Positions 13,441 to 27,495 of a DNA stretch of 64,000 bases are shown here, piece by piece. The translations under genes and the position numbers were made by a program. The notes under the pieces were generated by a model that saw only the letters and a program-made list of their open reading frames with translations, had not been told where the DNA came from and ran no database searches. The DNA is taken from contig NW_021833010.1 of NCBI RefSeq assembly GCF_006345805.1, positions 1-64,000 of the forward strand, given 5' to 3'. Position 1 is the first letter of the stretch. Each line of letters starts with the position of its first letter. Origin of the DNA: Octopus sinensis (lineage: Eukaryota).

Positions 13441-14162
13441 AGATAAGAGATATTTACCAGCTTGTGTCGACGAGCGTGGGGAAAAGTACTCGATATCATA
13501 TGGACAAATTATTAAGCTATTATACATTTAGCCTGATCCAGTTGCTTGTTACTCTGGAGTGCCCATACTGTATAGGAGTCCGTCGGACGAATCGGCTTTG
13601 CGTCGGAAAAAATGACAGCTTAAATCAACTGGATCACACACACACACATGCATGCATATATAAAACCAGTCTAAAACCTCAAATTATTACAACTGCGTAT
13701 TATCTCCCTGTTAAATAAGACCACTTCGTTCCTACTCACTGTGTGTATACACATATTGATAAAACGCGTTTCCGTTTCCTCTATATTGATCGTTACTTAT
13801 GGCTGCCTTTAAACAGATTCGATGCTCAATGTCGGCAAATTGTTTCTTAATCTTCTGTCACTCACGTGACCGTTACAGACATAATCCTGGCGCCGATGAT
13901 TGACACTCTAAACAATTTCTACAGTTTTCGATAATTTCATTATTAATCAGCTGAATAATAACAGAGATAACAAAGGTGACAAAAATTGTGATTTATCGGA
14001 GATTTGATAAGTCAGGGAAACAGCTAAACCGCAATTATGGGCAATGTTATATAAATGTGTATATGTGTACGTGTGCGTGTGTCTTCGTGTGAGTGAGTGT
14101 GTATGAGTGTGTGTGTGAGTGTGTGTGTGAGTGTGTGTGTGTGTATGTGTGTGTGTGTGTGT

Positions 14163-14208
<46 letters not shown>

Positions 14209-14753
14209 AGAGAGAGAGAAGTAGAAGCACAAAATTATTTCAAATGTACAGAAATGTCTGAACGCTTGGTGCAACAGCGTAAGTGCACAAGTGTGTGTAG
14301 GTATGCACATACACACACACGTACATATATATAGGAATATATATGTATGTTTGTATACATATGTATATGTATGCGTATAGAAAAATATATATGTACACAT
14401 ATACACATATATATATATATATATATACACATATATATGCATATGTACATGCATGTTTATATACACATATATATGCACATGTATATATATATCATCATAT
14501 ATATGTATGTATATATATATAATACACACATATATATGCATATCTATATATATATATCTATCTATCTATATATATATATATATATATAATATTACACATG
14601 TATATATACATATATATACATACATATATATGAATATACATATATATATATATACACGCATATATACATACAGACACACACACACATACATATATCTATA
14701 TATATCTATATCTGTGTGCTGTGTGTTGTGTGGTGTGTGGTGTGTGTGATGTG

Positions 14754-14784
<31 letters not shown>

Positions 14785-15174
14785 TGGTGTGTGTGTGTGT
14801 GCATCAGTGAATTGTGATCGAGTTGTTTGTCAAATAGAATGCCATGCAGTATTTGTTTCGGCTCTCGACGTTCAGAGTTCAAGTCCTGCAGAAGTTATCT
14901 GTGACTTGCATTCTTTCGGAGTCGATGAATAAAGTACAAATCCAGACGAAACAAACCAATACGGCTTGTCGAGCAAAGCGGTGGTGACGGACAGGCACAA
15001 GATACACGCAAATAGATTCATATACACGTGTGTGTGTGTGTGTATGTATTTACGACTTCCTTCTTTCAGTTTCCATTTGGGGGCAGATGTCATTTGCTAC
15101 GGCCTTCGGATGCTCTATATTTTGTGAGGGAAACAGGGTACGCCTATCGAATGGATTGTACCTCTAAACCAAAA

Positions 15175-15335
15175 GATACAGCCTTGTAAAAACAGTTTGC
15201 CACGTTGACTCTGCTTAAGAATTAAAGGTACGTGTGTCTGTAGAATATTCAGCCACTTACAGGTTAATTCAGGTGCAAGTAATTCAGTTGATCGAACGAA
15301 TGTATCCTTATTGTCGAATGAGAGTTCTGAAACCA
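15175..15335 (+). mobile_element. Degenerate copy of the domain shared with the 12587 family
   Basis: aaaggtacgtgtgtctgtagaatattcagccacttacaggttaattc. Confidence 0.6.
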
Positions 15336-15414
15336 CCAATATATACTTTCTCTCTCTTCTCTCACTCTCCCCTAAGATTATATATATATATATATACGAG
15401 CATATTCTTTTATT

Positions 15415-15660
15415 TTTTTACTTGTTTCAGTCACTTGACTGCGGCCATGCTGGAGTACCGCCTTGGAGGTTGTTTTTTTTAGTCGAACAAATCGACCCCA
15501 GGACTTATTTTTTAAAGCCTAGTACTTATTTTAATCGGTGTCTTTCGCCGAACCGCTAGCTTACGTGGGACCTAAATACACTAACACTGGCTGTCAAGGG
15601 GTGATGGGGTGACAAGCACAGACACAAAGACAAACACACACACACACACTCACACCAACA
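15415..15660 (-). mobile_element. OR2-like SINE 3' half
   Basis: tttacttgtttcagtcacttgactgcggccatgctggag...cgaccccaggacttatt...gacacaaagac. Confidence 0.85.
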
Positions 15661-15709
15661 AACACACACATATATAGAGAGAGAGAGAAAGAGAAAGAGA
15701 GTGAGAAAG

Positions 15710-15829
<120 letters not shown>

Positions 15830-16681
15830 CTGTATATATGCACGTATCTCTATATATATTATGTATATCACTACATACACCAGACTATTGGATGTTGTTA
15901 CACACAGTTGATCACAATGCACTTCCTCGCATAGCTTTAGCTATTGTATTTTGCCACCCCGATAGCTACCCGAGCAGGCCAAAATATGTGTGTGCATATA
16001 TATGTGTATATATATGTGCGTATGTATGCATATATATTTATAGAGAAATAAAGGAGAAAGTGAGTCAGTTAGTGAGTGAATGGGTGAGTAAGTGAGAACG
16101 GCTATTGATATCATAATGGCGTGAAACGCTATTTACGCACGAATATGCTAATACACATACACAAACATGTATGTATGTATGTATGTATGTATGTATGTAT
16201 GTATGTATGTATGTATGTATGTATGTATGTATGTATGTATGTATGTATGCATGTATGTATGTATGTATGTGTGTGTGGTATAAACATATGCAACACACAC
16301 AGACACATACATATCTATACATATATAAATGGATGTGTACAAATATATTTTGTATACTTAAAAGAGACCTTATAAATGGTATTTTACCAAATTTTAAAAT
16401 CTAACCAGTGTGACGATATGTATATAAATTTTGGAATTCTTTCAAATCCTGTTTATTAAGTCTTCTTAAGTGGAATTTGTATTTTAAACCTACTTGTAAA
16501 TTGATGGAAATTATATTGTTGTAGTTGTTGTTTGCTGTGATGAGTATGGTAGGAGAGTGTGTTAGTGGTAATGGCCATATGGTGGTTGTGATGGCGAAAC
16601 TGAATGGAGATTAAGTGCAGCCGTATTTGATTTGTTGTATGAATGTACGCACGTTGTATATGTATACATAAATGTATTTCA

Positions 16682-16742
<61 letters not shown>

Positions 16743-16998
16743 ATTTAACGATATATGTGTGTGTGCGTGTCCATATATATATATATATATCTTATATATA
16801 CACACACACACATGCATACATATGCACACATACATACATGCATACAAATATACATATTTATATATATATACCTATATAATACACATATATACACACACAC
16901 ACATACATACATACATTAATATATATATACACACACATTCATATATACATGCATATATGTTATGTGTTTGTGAGTGTGAGAGAGAGAGAGAGAGAGAG

Positions 16999-17066
<68 letters not shown>

Positions 17067-17835
17067 GTTTCGCCATCTTCAAAACTCAGAAGCCCTACAT
17101 ATGAGTACACAAATATGTTACTATGTGTATGTGCATGTGTGTGTGTGTGAGTATTTATGTATGTGTATGTTTGGATAAATATATGTATGTACATGAATGC
17201 ATGAGGAGGTGAGTGTCATAAGTATGTTTGGTAAATAATTTTGAAATATACCTTTAAATATATTAAGATGCTTTTAAAGTATTCTACTGTTGCTCGAAAG
17301 AAATATAACATGGATTCAAAGAGGAAGAAAAAATTTTTTTGAAAGATTGAAAGAATAAGTGAATTTATGGAAAAGTAAAAAGCAAAATAATGAGAAATAA
17401 GAAAAATATGAAGAAAGAAATAAGATATAACAGAATAAAGGAAAGAAATGAAGAGAGAGAAATTATATAGTGAAAGAAGGAAGAATTTTGAACAAACATA
17501 CAGCAGAAGGCAAAAAAATATATAAATGAATAAAATATCCATACGTTACTCTTAAGGGTCACAAGATCAATTTACTACTGAGTTTCATATAGGCTGATTA
17601 AACCCACTTTAAGCGACTTAAGTATAGTTAGCAAACGAATTCTCAATGCTATTTATCTTAATATTAGAGATATCGCAATGGTAGAGCAATGGACCCGCAA
17701 TGTCAGTCGTTAGTTTTATTAGGATGGAACACTGATCAAACTTGTTGCAGGACTCTGGACAGCAGGCTGATGTGACACTGATCAACCTTATAATACTACT
17801 GCTCTCATACAGCCGTGAATTGTTCCTTATCTGTG

Positions 17836-18227
17836 ACTAGCAGTATCACCTGGCGTTGCTCGGGTTTGTTTTGACCCTTTAGAATTGGAATTTTTGAAAA
17901 GTAAAACTTTTGCATTATGCAGCTTGTTATTCTCTTTAAGTGAACATTTTTCTGGTTGAAATACACCGGAAAATGGCGACACAGCAGTCAAAAAATCGTA
18001 AAAAATAGGGATTTTCATAGAAAAAAAGCACATTTTTTATGTAAATAATTTTTGGTCTTAACATGGTCCGATTTGAATTTTATCTTCTAAGAAATGAAGA
18101 GCAAGCCTTCTTCTATCATACTTTCAATTTTGGTCAACTTGCACCGCAGGGTCTCGGAAGAGATAGTGTGAGTTGAAGGCTACCAAACCTGTCACACACA
18201 GACAACTTCAGCTTTATATATATAGAT
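17836..18227 (+). mobile_element. Helentron/DINE-1-like non-autonomous element (HINE-type)
   Basis: Starts actagcagtatcacctggcgttgctcggg and ends acacacagacaacttcagctttatatatatagat; this terminal architecture is typical of HINE/Lep1-like elements (recognised from memory). Confidence 0.6.
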
Positions 18228-18986
18228 TACTATTTACAAATATTTACAACCAAGTGACATTGGTCATTGTAAATTTGGTATGACCACAAAAGAACACTTA
18301 ACTCATAACGGCTCAGGCCTCCTAATTGAAAATAGTTATCAGAACAGTAGCGCTGAAAAGGTGACAAGTGTTTCGTTGGTATTTTCTTGAGTTCATTTTC
18401 TATTCTCATGGAGAGAGTTACTTGCATTAAACTGGCGTCATAACCAAAGCTAGATTGAAACCAGAAATAACACTCGATTTATTTGATTCCAGGGATCAGT
18501 GAAAAGATTAAACCAAGATCAACAGATGAACGGATAAGCAGAACCAATTATGTCGACCTCAATACATTACTAGTAATGGTCTTATCAAACCCTGGAAATA
18601 TTAATTCATTAAAAATTCCAGTGAGATTCAATCTCGCAACATATAGGAGCTGAAAGTGATCACGATAATGCGTTTAAGTTTAGTTATCTACCATAACTTC
18701 AAATGCAATTAAGTCACTCAAAATAATAGGGGTAGACCAAGAACGAGATGGTTGGATAATATCGATTGTCTCATTTGGTCACGCTTGGGAATCCAGCCGG
18801 AAAGTGTGATGACGGTTACTCCTGACAGAGCCCTACGGAGGAAATGCTTGAGATTTCTATTCTTATAACCTTCCCAGGAATAGAGGGTAAAGAAAATGGG
18901 CGGACGGGTGGATAATTCATGAATAATGTTACACTCATCAATTATACAATCCTCCCACTGGTTAGTGGTAAATTGAATCCTATCAT

Positions 18987-19044
<58 letters not shown>

Positions 19045-19054
19045 ATAATATTAT

Positions 19055-19087
<33 letters not shown>

Positions 19088-21699
19088 AGATGTAAAATTG
19101 TAGCAGTGGATGATTGCTAGAGAGAGTTCAAAGCTACAGTCCAGCACCCATTTATGGGTGAAGAGGGCAATCAAATATAAACTATACAGAAATCAAAGTA
19201 TTGAAAAAATTTACAAGTCAACGAATATTTAAAGATAACTGAAAAAAGAGAGATAAGTCATTAATTTTGATTGCAAATCATAATTAGGCAAGTGCATTAA
19301 AGACCATAGAAACATGATATCAGTATTGTGAAGAAAAAGGGAAAGAGGAATGTTAGATGCAGTAACATATTACTGAGGTGCATTAACATATTAACTGAAC
19401 ATTGATGTCCGAGACATTAAGGTGTCGGGTAGCCAGCTGAGAGATCGACTGTTTGTGTCTTCTCACAGCGGTAACGTTGTTCTTGTTGTTGTTGCTATAG
19501 ATGTTATTGTTATTGTTGTTGTTTTGTTATTGTTTAGCCCCTGATTAACCTTGATCGAATACCGATGACCAGATTTTCACCTTGGTCGAACAGACGACCT
19601 ATGACCAAAAGTATTCCAGATGTGAAAATTCTGTCCATTTTTGCATAAACATTTTACATCCAAGTCTATATCTTAAAACATTCAAGCAAAAAAACAAAAA
19701 AACATGATAGGGCGTGACTTAAGGGAGACATAACTACTATTTTTAGAAGTTTGAGCAATTTGATACCAACTCCCCAGTCGTTGCTAGGTTTCTACTGCCT
19801 CGTTGATTCGAGGATAAAACCATGGGTTCGGATCCGTCAGTTTGAAGTGGCAAGTTCAATACTTCGCGTAAGAAAAATTACCTTCAATAAACTAGCATTC
19901 TACTCGGGGTAAGAATTTAAATCTCATCCACTTAATAACACAGAAAATTAAGATAAGACATATATTGCAATGATTCGAGAAAATACAACTAGCAATAACT
20001 GTAGTATTGTTGTTGTTGTTGTTATTGTTGTAACTGCAATATAATGGAAGGTGAACGAATTGAAGAAGTTCAAGACAAAAGCAGGTTAGAAGAGTGCGAT
20101 ATAAATCAATTTGGTTCAACGGAAAGTGTATTTTATGAGACAGCGTAATCTTGGCTCGTTTCTGATAAGGTTAAAACCACCACCCCACAACACTTTTCCG
20201 CTTAAAAGTATTCAGTGTTTTGGTGGGGAGGGAAAATGTGCTGTAGAAGGTTGTTGACTAGAGAACGCCTTTTAAGTTGATTAGTAAAATATTGGTCAAT
20301 GATAATAATCAACATATTTATCCAGATTAGCAAATTATTGATTGGTCATCGATAATAATCAGCATATTCGTCCAGATTTTGCTGACCTGAAAACTCTCGT
20401 CAATAATTTTAATTCTTTTATTATAAAACAAACAAACAAACAAACAAACAAAAGACAATAAAATAAACAAGAGAAGCAAGAAAAACAAAAAGTGTCTGCT
20501 AAAATTCAGAGATTTAATAAACCAAGAATAATATTGAAGAGATAAGCAGTGATAAAAGACTGCATAGAATCAATAGTTCTTGCTCCGTCATAAATTCCAC
20601 TTTCTTTTTACTCCAAACTGTGTGATTTCAGTGTACACACTGATGTTATCAAAACAGGAGGAGGGTTGATATTATAAAGTTATGTAGGAATGAGAAACAG
20701 TAAAGTCTGTAATAGCAAAATATGTAGGTTGTAGAGAACATGTAGGATAATCGCATATGCCTTCGGAACTAAATTTCCGTTACAGATAAACAGAAATCAG
20801 AGAACCAGAGTACAAACTCATGAATATAATGAAGGGGAGTATAAGTATATAGTTCTGATTTATAAGTAATCTTGTATAGCAATAAGTATATAGTTCTATG
20901 CACTCAACATATCTATCCTGGATACGACTTTAAGCAAATAAACCTAAACTCTAACTTAGCCGGATACGACTTTAAACTGCGCCCTGTAATGGGGCCCCGG
21001 TTAGAGAGTTCCAGAATTCTGAGGGGTGTAGAACTATCTCTTAGCCATTATTATCCCCAAACTTACTCAGACTCTATGTAGTAGCAGCTACTATGGTCCC
21101 AGCTTTGGTTTAATTAGCATGGCACGAAACTGCCTCCAGAAGGTCACTAACAGACACCCTCGACGAACTCAAGGTAGATAAGGTCCTTCAGCTCTTTAGA
21201 TCCACACGAACCCTGCATCTTGATATTTATTAGGCGGATGGCACTTGTTGCACCGTATAAATACAAGTTTCAAGGACGAGAGAATGAGACTGACTCCGCA
21301 CAAACCATGCCCGCTATAACAATAAATTTCTGTGTTTTGTAGTATTATATTGTGAGTTTTAATAAAGAGGCTACAGGAACAAAGTCCAACAGAAAACCGG
21401 AGAGAGGAGCCTAAGACAGATATGTACGGTTGTACTTAACCAGCATGCGGCATGCCCTGCAGCGCCATGAGTGCTACGAAAGTATTGATTTATGTTTCCT
21501 TCATTACGTATCCACTAGTAGAAAAGTGGTAAGTGTATTCGGAGTCAGGCACTTACTTACTTCTGCAAACTTCCCAGGCGCAACAGAAGTTGTTAAGTTA
21601 CTGTCTCTGCAATACAGTCGACCAAGGACAAAAAAGACCAATCAACTTTCAGTGCAGATAGCAACAATGATTGAACAAAGCTTATGATTGTACTGTTAA

Positions 21700-21845
21700 A
21701 ATGTTCGCTATCCAATCATGTGGTCTTGGGTACGGTTCCACTGCGCGTCATGCGAGGCAAGTATCTTCTACGTTGGGTCCGAGTCGAATAAAACTTTGTG
21801 CGGAGATTTGGTAGACGGAAATTGAAAGAAGCCAGTAGTGTATGT
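21700..21845 (+). mobile_element. Degenerate OR2-like SINE 5' half
   Basis: ggttccactgcgcg...ggcaagtatcttctac...gatttggtagacggaaattgaaagaagcc. Confidence 0.7.
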
Positions 21846-22159
21846 GCGCGTGTGCATGTGTATATGTGTCTCCTAGTATTCATAACGCGTGCTAGTTGTA
21901 AAGAGTATCACTGTCATATAAGCGGCGTCCTTGACTTCTAATTTTCCCGTGAAGACATGTCTGAATATGTGACAATAATGCCTTCCTTCAAAACTGAAAA
22001 CTAGTGAGGTCCTGGATCGAAACGGTATCTGCAGCAGAAAATCTGCAAATCTGCCTCAGCAAATTTTGTGTGACCCATGCAAATACTAAAAGTAGAAGTT
22101 AAAATGATGATGATAATGATGATGAGGATGATGATGATATATGTGTGTGTACGTGTGGG

Positions 22160-22191
<32 letters not shown>

Positions 22192-22249
22192 TACATATGT
22201 GAGAGTACATCTGTTAAACAACAACAAAAACAGCAATAATAATAATAAT

Positions 22250-22458
22250 GGTTTAAAATTTTAACACAAGGCCAGCAGTTTTTGAGGGATGGGGAAATTA
22301 GATTACATCGACTCTAGTTTCCAACTGGTTCTTTTTTCATCGACCTCAATATCAGGAAAGGCAAAGTTGATCTCCACAGGATTTAAAGTCAGATCGCCAA
22401 AAGAAATGCCGAAAAGCATTTTGTCTGGCATGTTAAAGATTCTGCCAGAGAGCCGCTG
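22250..22458 (-). mobile_element. OR1-like SINE (tail type B, (ATT)n end), degenerate
   Basis: Minus strand reads gcggctctctggcagaatc...ttgcctttcc...ggccttgtgttaaaattttaaaccattattatt. Confidence 0.75.
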
Positions 22459-22463
22459 TGTAA

Positions 22464-22475
22464 ATGATGATGATG

Positions 22476-22530
<55 letters not shown>

Positions 22531-22568
22531 GGAGGAGGAGGAGGAGGAGGAGGAGGAGGAGGAGGAGG
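22464..22568. repeat. (GAT)n(GAG)n trinucleotide tract
   Basis: Directly visible; creates the spurious poly-M/poly-R start of ORF 22464..23108. Confidence 0.95.
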
Positions 22569-24308
22569 ATCTGTAAAGATCAACTAATGATCAATAAAGC
22601 CATAACTAAAAACAGCCACAGTAAGAAGAAGGGTATAAGTATGGCCTATATCGATTACCGAAAGGCTTTTGATAGTATTCCCCACACATGGATCCTAGAA
22701 ACGCTAGCCATGAACAAAGTAGCACCAATAATCATAAAATATATAAAACATTCGATGAATAGATGCCATACAGTGCTACAGCTCCAAACAAAAGAGGGAC
22801 TCATAAAAACCAAAGCCATCCCCATTAGAAGAGGAATATTCCAGGGAGACATGCTCTCTCAACTCCTTTTCTGCTTGGCACTGACACCTTTATCTGACAT
22901 GCTAAACAGAACTGGATGCAGATACAACTGCTACGGCAAAACAATCACCCACCTCTTATATATGGAAGACCTAAAACTGTACACTACAAATTATAAACAT
23001 CTGGAAACACTACTACAGACAGTACATGGATTTACCAATGAAATAAATATGAAATTTGGCTTAGAAAAAATGTGCCAAAGCAACCTTGAAAAGAGGAAAA
23101 CTATATAAGAGTAGCAGCATCACACTAGATAAAGCAAATGAAATAAGAGAAATAGACCAACGCCAGACATATAAAAATTTAGGAATCGATGAACTAGATA
23201 CGATACAACATCTAGAAAACTATTACCAAATAACCACCATAAGACCACAAAAATACCTACTTCAGAAGCAAAGAAAACTAATACAAATAGCCACAAAACA
23301 CGAACAAAACAAAAAACTGTTTTCAGTCTAAGGAAGCTGACAAATAGAAACTAGAAATCATACTACCTAACAACTATGAAGAGAAAGAATAAACAATAAA
23401 AGCTGTAAAACAAATGAAATCCAAACTAAAACCTGAACAGCAACGGATCATGATAAAACGATGTCAAGAAAAGCCCCTTCATGGCAAATACTTGGTTAAT
23501 CTAATCGCAAAAGAAATAGACAAAGCAAAATTCCAACAATGACTGAGAAGCTCAAGGCTCAAAGCAGAAACTGAAGGAATTTTATTTGCAGCACAAGACC
23601 AAAGACTCCCCACCAGAAATTACCAGAAACATACCAAGTAACAGCAGAATATGTGGAGGACAAGAAACAATAAATTATATTGTCTCTGGCTGCCCAGCCC
23701 TGGCTAAAAAGGAATATATTCACAGACACGACAGAGTTGGGGGCCTACATATATACTGGAAGCTATGCCAACTCTATGGAATAACAAAAGAAAAAGGATG
23801 ATATAGGCACACACCAGAAAAGGTCACAGAAAATGAGAAAGCAACAATAATATGGGATACGCCAATACACACAGATAGAGAAATTAAGATCAATAGGCCA
23901 GATATAGTTGTCAGAGATCATGAAGAAAAAAATGCTTTCTAATTGATATATCAATACCAACAGATGACAACGCTCCTCTAAAAGAAATTGAGAAACTTTC
24001 AAAATACAAAGAGCTGGAAATAGAGGTAACTCGAATGTGGAGTTTAAAAACAGAAACACTTCCTATCATAGTGGGCGCATTAGATATAATTGAAAAATAT
24101 TCAGACAAATGTATAACAAAAGCGCCAGGACTAACAAATATATATAACATACAGAAAATAGCACTACTAGGTAGTGCACACATTCTACGTAAAACACTTT
24201 CAGTACAGTAACCATAAGAGCATCACAGTAAACTACAGCACATACCCAAGGCACACAGTGCTGTACTCGGTAGTACAGTGAAAGCCAGTTATAAAAATAA
24301 AACTACTG

Positions 24309-24310
<2 letters not shown>
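22569..24310 (+). mobile_element. 5'-truncated, frameshifted Dong/R4-clade non-LTR retrotransposon (RT + CCHC + REL endonuclease)
   Basis: RT motifs IDYRKAFDS, RGIFQGD, HLLYMED (YMDD mutated); CRICG..ETINYIVSGC zinc knuckle; RPDIV...LIDISIP...KLSKY PD-(D/E)xK nuclease; stop at 24209-24211; short 3'UTR running into (TAA)n. Confidence 0.9.
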
Positions 24311-24345
<35 letters not shown>

Positions 24346-24370
24346 TAATAATAATAATAATAATAATAAT

Positions 24371-24561
24371 AGTTTCAAATTTTGCCACAAGGGCAGCAAT
24401 TGAGTCGACTACATTGACCCCAGTGTTCAACTGGTACTTATTTTATCGACCCTGAAAGGATGAAAGGCAAAGTCGACTTCGACGAAATTTGAACGTAGTG
24501 ACGGGCGAAATGCTACTAAGCGTTTTGCCCGGTTTGCTAACGATTCTGCCAGCACGCCGCC
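24371..24561 (-). mobile_element. OR1-like SINE (tail type B); its (ATT)n tail is the array at 24311-24371
   Basis: Minus strand reads ggcggcgtgctggcagaatcgttagc...gtcgactttgcctttcatcctttc...cccttgtggcaaaatttgaaactattattatt. Confidence 0.85.
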
Positions 24562-24652
24562 TTTGATAATAATATTGGTCTTTTATACAGAATAATATAC
24601 AAGACAAGGTATAAATAATGGTCAATACATATTCCTTTATTATTGAAAATTC

Positions 24653-24763
24653 GACTTACAGCTGTTTCCGATAATCATTATAGATTCTTTCATTGATCTG
24701 TTTACTCAGTCGGTTGAGAAAAATTGAACGACCTTAAAGAACTAATGATACCTCATCAGAGTC
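24653..24763 (-). ncRNA. Degenerate minimal hammerhead ribozyme motif (Penelope/retrozyme type) inside an inverted repeat
   Basis: Minus strand: GACT-CTGATGAG-[stem II atcatta/taatgat]-gGAAAC-AGCT-GTA-AGTC. Stem I is GACT/AGTC; stem III has a palindromic AGCT loop; one extra G precedes GAAA. Confidence 0.55.
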
Positions 24764-25352
24764 ATATTATTCTGATCAATGGGTCGACTGAGTAAGCCGA
24801 TCAATAAGCGACACTATAGTGTTTATCAGAAACATCTGATAAAAGAATATGTTATGACTGTCATTTATACCTCGTCTTGTGTGTGTATATATACATAAGC
24901 ATTAGCACATACTCAATGTATGCGTTTTGCTTGTTCGCCGGATTCGCTGTGGGAGAATGCTTAGGAGGACTACTCCCTCATATCATTGGGAAAGTCATAG
25001 TCAGGCGTGACAACTCGCGTCCGATCTAATTCATGAGTGATGGAAACTGATATTTCGGCATTTTTGTAGCTTAGCAACATCACGTATCTGAATCGAACCT
25101 TCTATGACTACATATGAATAGTGCAAGAACTATTTGCTGGTATACTACGGCAATCCATACGTAACTTGAAATTCAATAACAAATTAAAAGCAGTGCAAAT
25201 GGTGTAAAAATTATCGGCTGCGCACATTCAGTGTTTGTGCTTTGTTTATTCGCCTGTTCGCTGCGATATTGCGCTTGAAGGATGACTCTCTCATAATGCT
25301 TGGTGTTAAAACATAGCTTCAGTATACATACATACATACATACATACATACA

Positions 25353-25411
<59 letters not shown>

Positions 25412-25454
25412 TGTGTGTGTGTGGTGTATGTATGTATGTATGTATATCTATCAT

Positions 25455-25660
25455 ACTTTTACTTGTTTAAGTCATTTGACTGTGGCCATGCTAGGGCACC
25501 GCCTTTAGTTGAAGAAATCGACCCCAGGATTTATTCTTTTTAAGCTTAGTACTTATCCTATCGGTCTCTTTTGCCGAGCCGCTAAGTTTTGGGGGCGTAA
25601 ACACACCAACATCTTTTGTGATGGTCTGGGGACAAACAAACACACACATAAACATATATG
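25455..25660 (-). mobile_element. OR2-like SINE 3' half
   Basis: ttttacttgtttaagtcatttgactgtggccatgctagggcaccgcc...gggacaaacaaacac. Confidence 0.85.
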
Positions 25661-25687
25661 AAGCCCGTTGTGTGTGTATATATATAT

Positions 25688-25852
<165 letters not shown>

Positions 25853-26592
25853 TATATACTAATATATATACATATACTAATATACATATTTCCTTTTTTG
25901 AAATAGTGTATCTCGAAGTGCACATAAAGCTAGAAATAGTTATTACATACCATTGGTTATAGCATCATCTCTCCTTCAAGATCCACAGTTCCAAAGAAGG
26001 ATCATTTCTTGTTCCCTCGAAAGTTAATAAAGTTTTGGCACCAACAACTCTATGTGTGTGCGTGTGTGTGTTTGTGTGTGTATGTATCTGTATGCTTATG
26101 CATTTCTGAATGTATGTATGTATGTATGTATATATGTATGCATGCATGTATGTATGTATGTATGTATGTATGTATGTATGTATGTATGTATGTATGTATG
26201 TATGTATGTATGTATGTATATATGTATATGTATGTATCGCATAATTGAAACGAAAATCAGTAATTCGTTAATTAAGATTGTCAAAATAATTGCTACAAGA
26301 TTAAAATGAAAGTAGAATGAGAAATCAAAAACAGAAACGTGGAGAACTGAATGACTAAGGTTGTCACTATAACTTCTACACAAATATAATTATTAAGATT
26401 GTCACAATAACTATCACGTGACCATGGGAAATAAAAATGGTTTTTGAAGGATTCAATTCAGCTCAAGAATTATTAGAGACATTCAATACTTTTCTGAGTT
26501 TCTTTTTCGTTGTTTTTTTTCTATTTTGGGGGCATTTTTTTGTGGGCAATAATATGAACGGACAATTATTAATTGAAAATAAGTATGGCTTA

Positions 26593-26750
26593 GAAGAAGA
26601 AGAAGAAGAAGAAGAAGAAGAAGAAGAAGAAGAAGAAGAAGAAGAAGAAGAAGAAGAAGAAGAAGAAGAAGAAGAAGAAGAAGAAGAAGAAGAAAACAAC
26701 AACAACAACAACAACAACAATGGCGGTGACGACGACGACGACAACAACAA
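26593..26750. repeat. (GAA)n(CAA)n(GAC)n trinucleotide tract
   Basis: Directly visible. Confidence 0.95.
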
Positions 26751-27175
26751 GTTATGACAACGATAACAGGTCACAGAAGCTGCTCGTCTCGGATAAACAT
26801 CTATTACAGTTCTGATAACTGCAGAAGAAATTTCCAGACTCTCAGTGATCTACAAACCGACCGGGGTATCAACGACCAAGAAATCGAAGCCCACGAATGA
26901 AAGGGCCCGTCACATTTTTAATAATGCTATATCGTCATTTTGCAGCGAGCGAAATAAAGTGGAAATTGGAGATGGATAGTAATCTAAAAGATATTTATGT
27001 ATCTATGTATGTCATTATTCAGTTTATTTCAAGTTTTCTTGCCAATAGAGAAATAACCGGTTTCTAACCTTATGTATGTATGTATGTATGTATGTATGTA
27101 TGATGTATGTATGTATGTATGTATGTACGTATGCGTGCATGTATGTATGTATATATAACAGCCGCATACATGTTT

Positions 27176-27495
27176 GTTGGTTAGTTGGTTGGCTGGTTGG
27201 CTGGTTGGTTGGTTGGTTGGTTGGTTGGTTGGTTGGTTGGTTGGTTGGTTGGTTGGTTGGTTGGTTGGTTGGTTGGTTGGTTGGTTGGTTAGTTGGTTGG
27301 TTGGTTGGTTGGTTGGTTGGTTGGTTGGTGGTTGGTTGGTTGTGGTTGGTTGGTTGGTTGGTTGGTTGGTTGGTTGGTTGGTTGGTTGGTTGGTTGGTTG
27401 GTTGGTTGGCTGGTTGGTTGGTTGGCTGGTTGGTTGGTTGGTTGGTGGTTGGTTGGTTGGTTGGTTGGTTGGTTGGTTGGTTGGTTGGTGGTTGA
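27176..27495. repeat. (GGTT)n tetranucleotide array, ~320 bp
   Basis: Directly visible. Confidence 0.95.

Noticed and set aside
17216-17562. Hydrophobic F/L/I/Y-rich ORFs as membrane proteins
   Set aside because: They are the antisense reading of an A/G-rich low-complexity tract.
21100-21380. Possible solo LTR (gtataaata followed by two aataaa)
   Set aside because: No TG...CA boundaries with a TSD and no second copy in the window.
22464-22568. Poly-Met/poly-Arg N-terminus fused to the RT ORF
   Set aside because: It is the flanking (GAT)n(GAG)n tract in frame by chance; LINE homology starts at ~22569.
26437-26757. Acidic poly-Glu protein ORF
   Set aside because: Driven by (GAA)n(CAA)n; no splice or domain support.
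27176-27495. Interstitial telomeric repeat
   Set aside because: The unit is GGTT, not the TTAGGG expected for molluscs.
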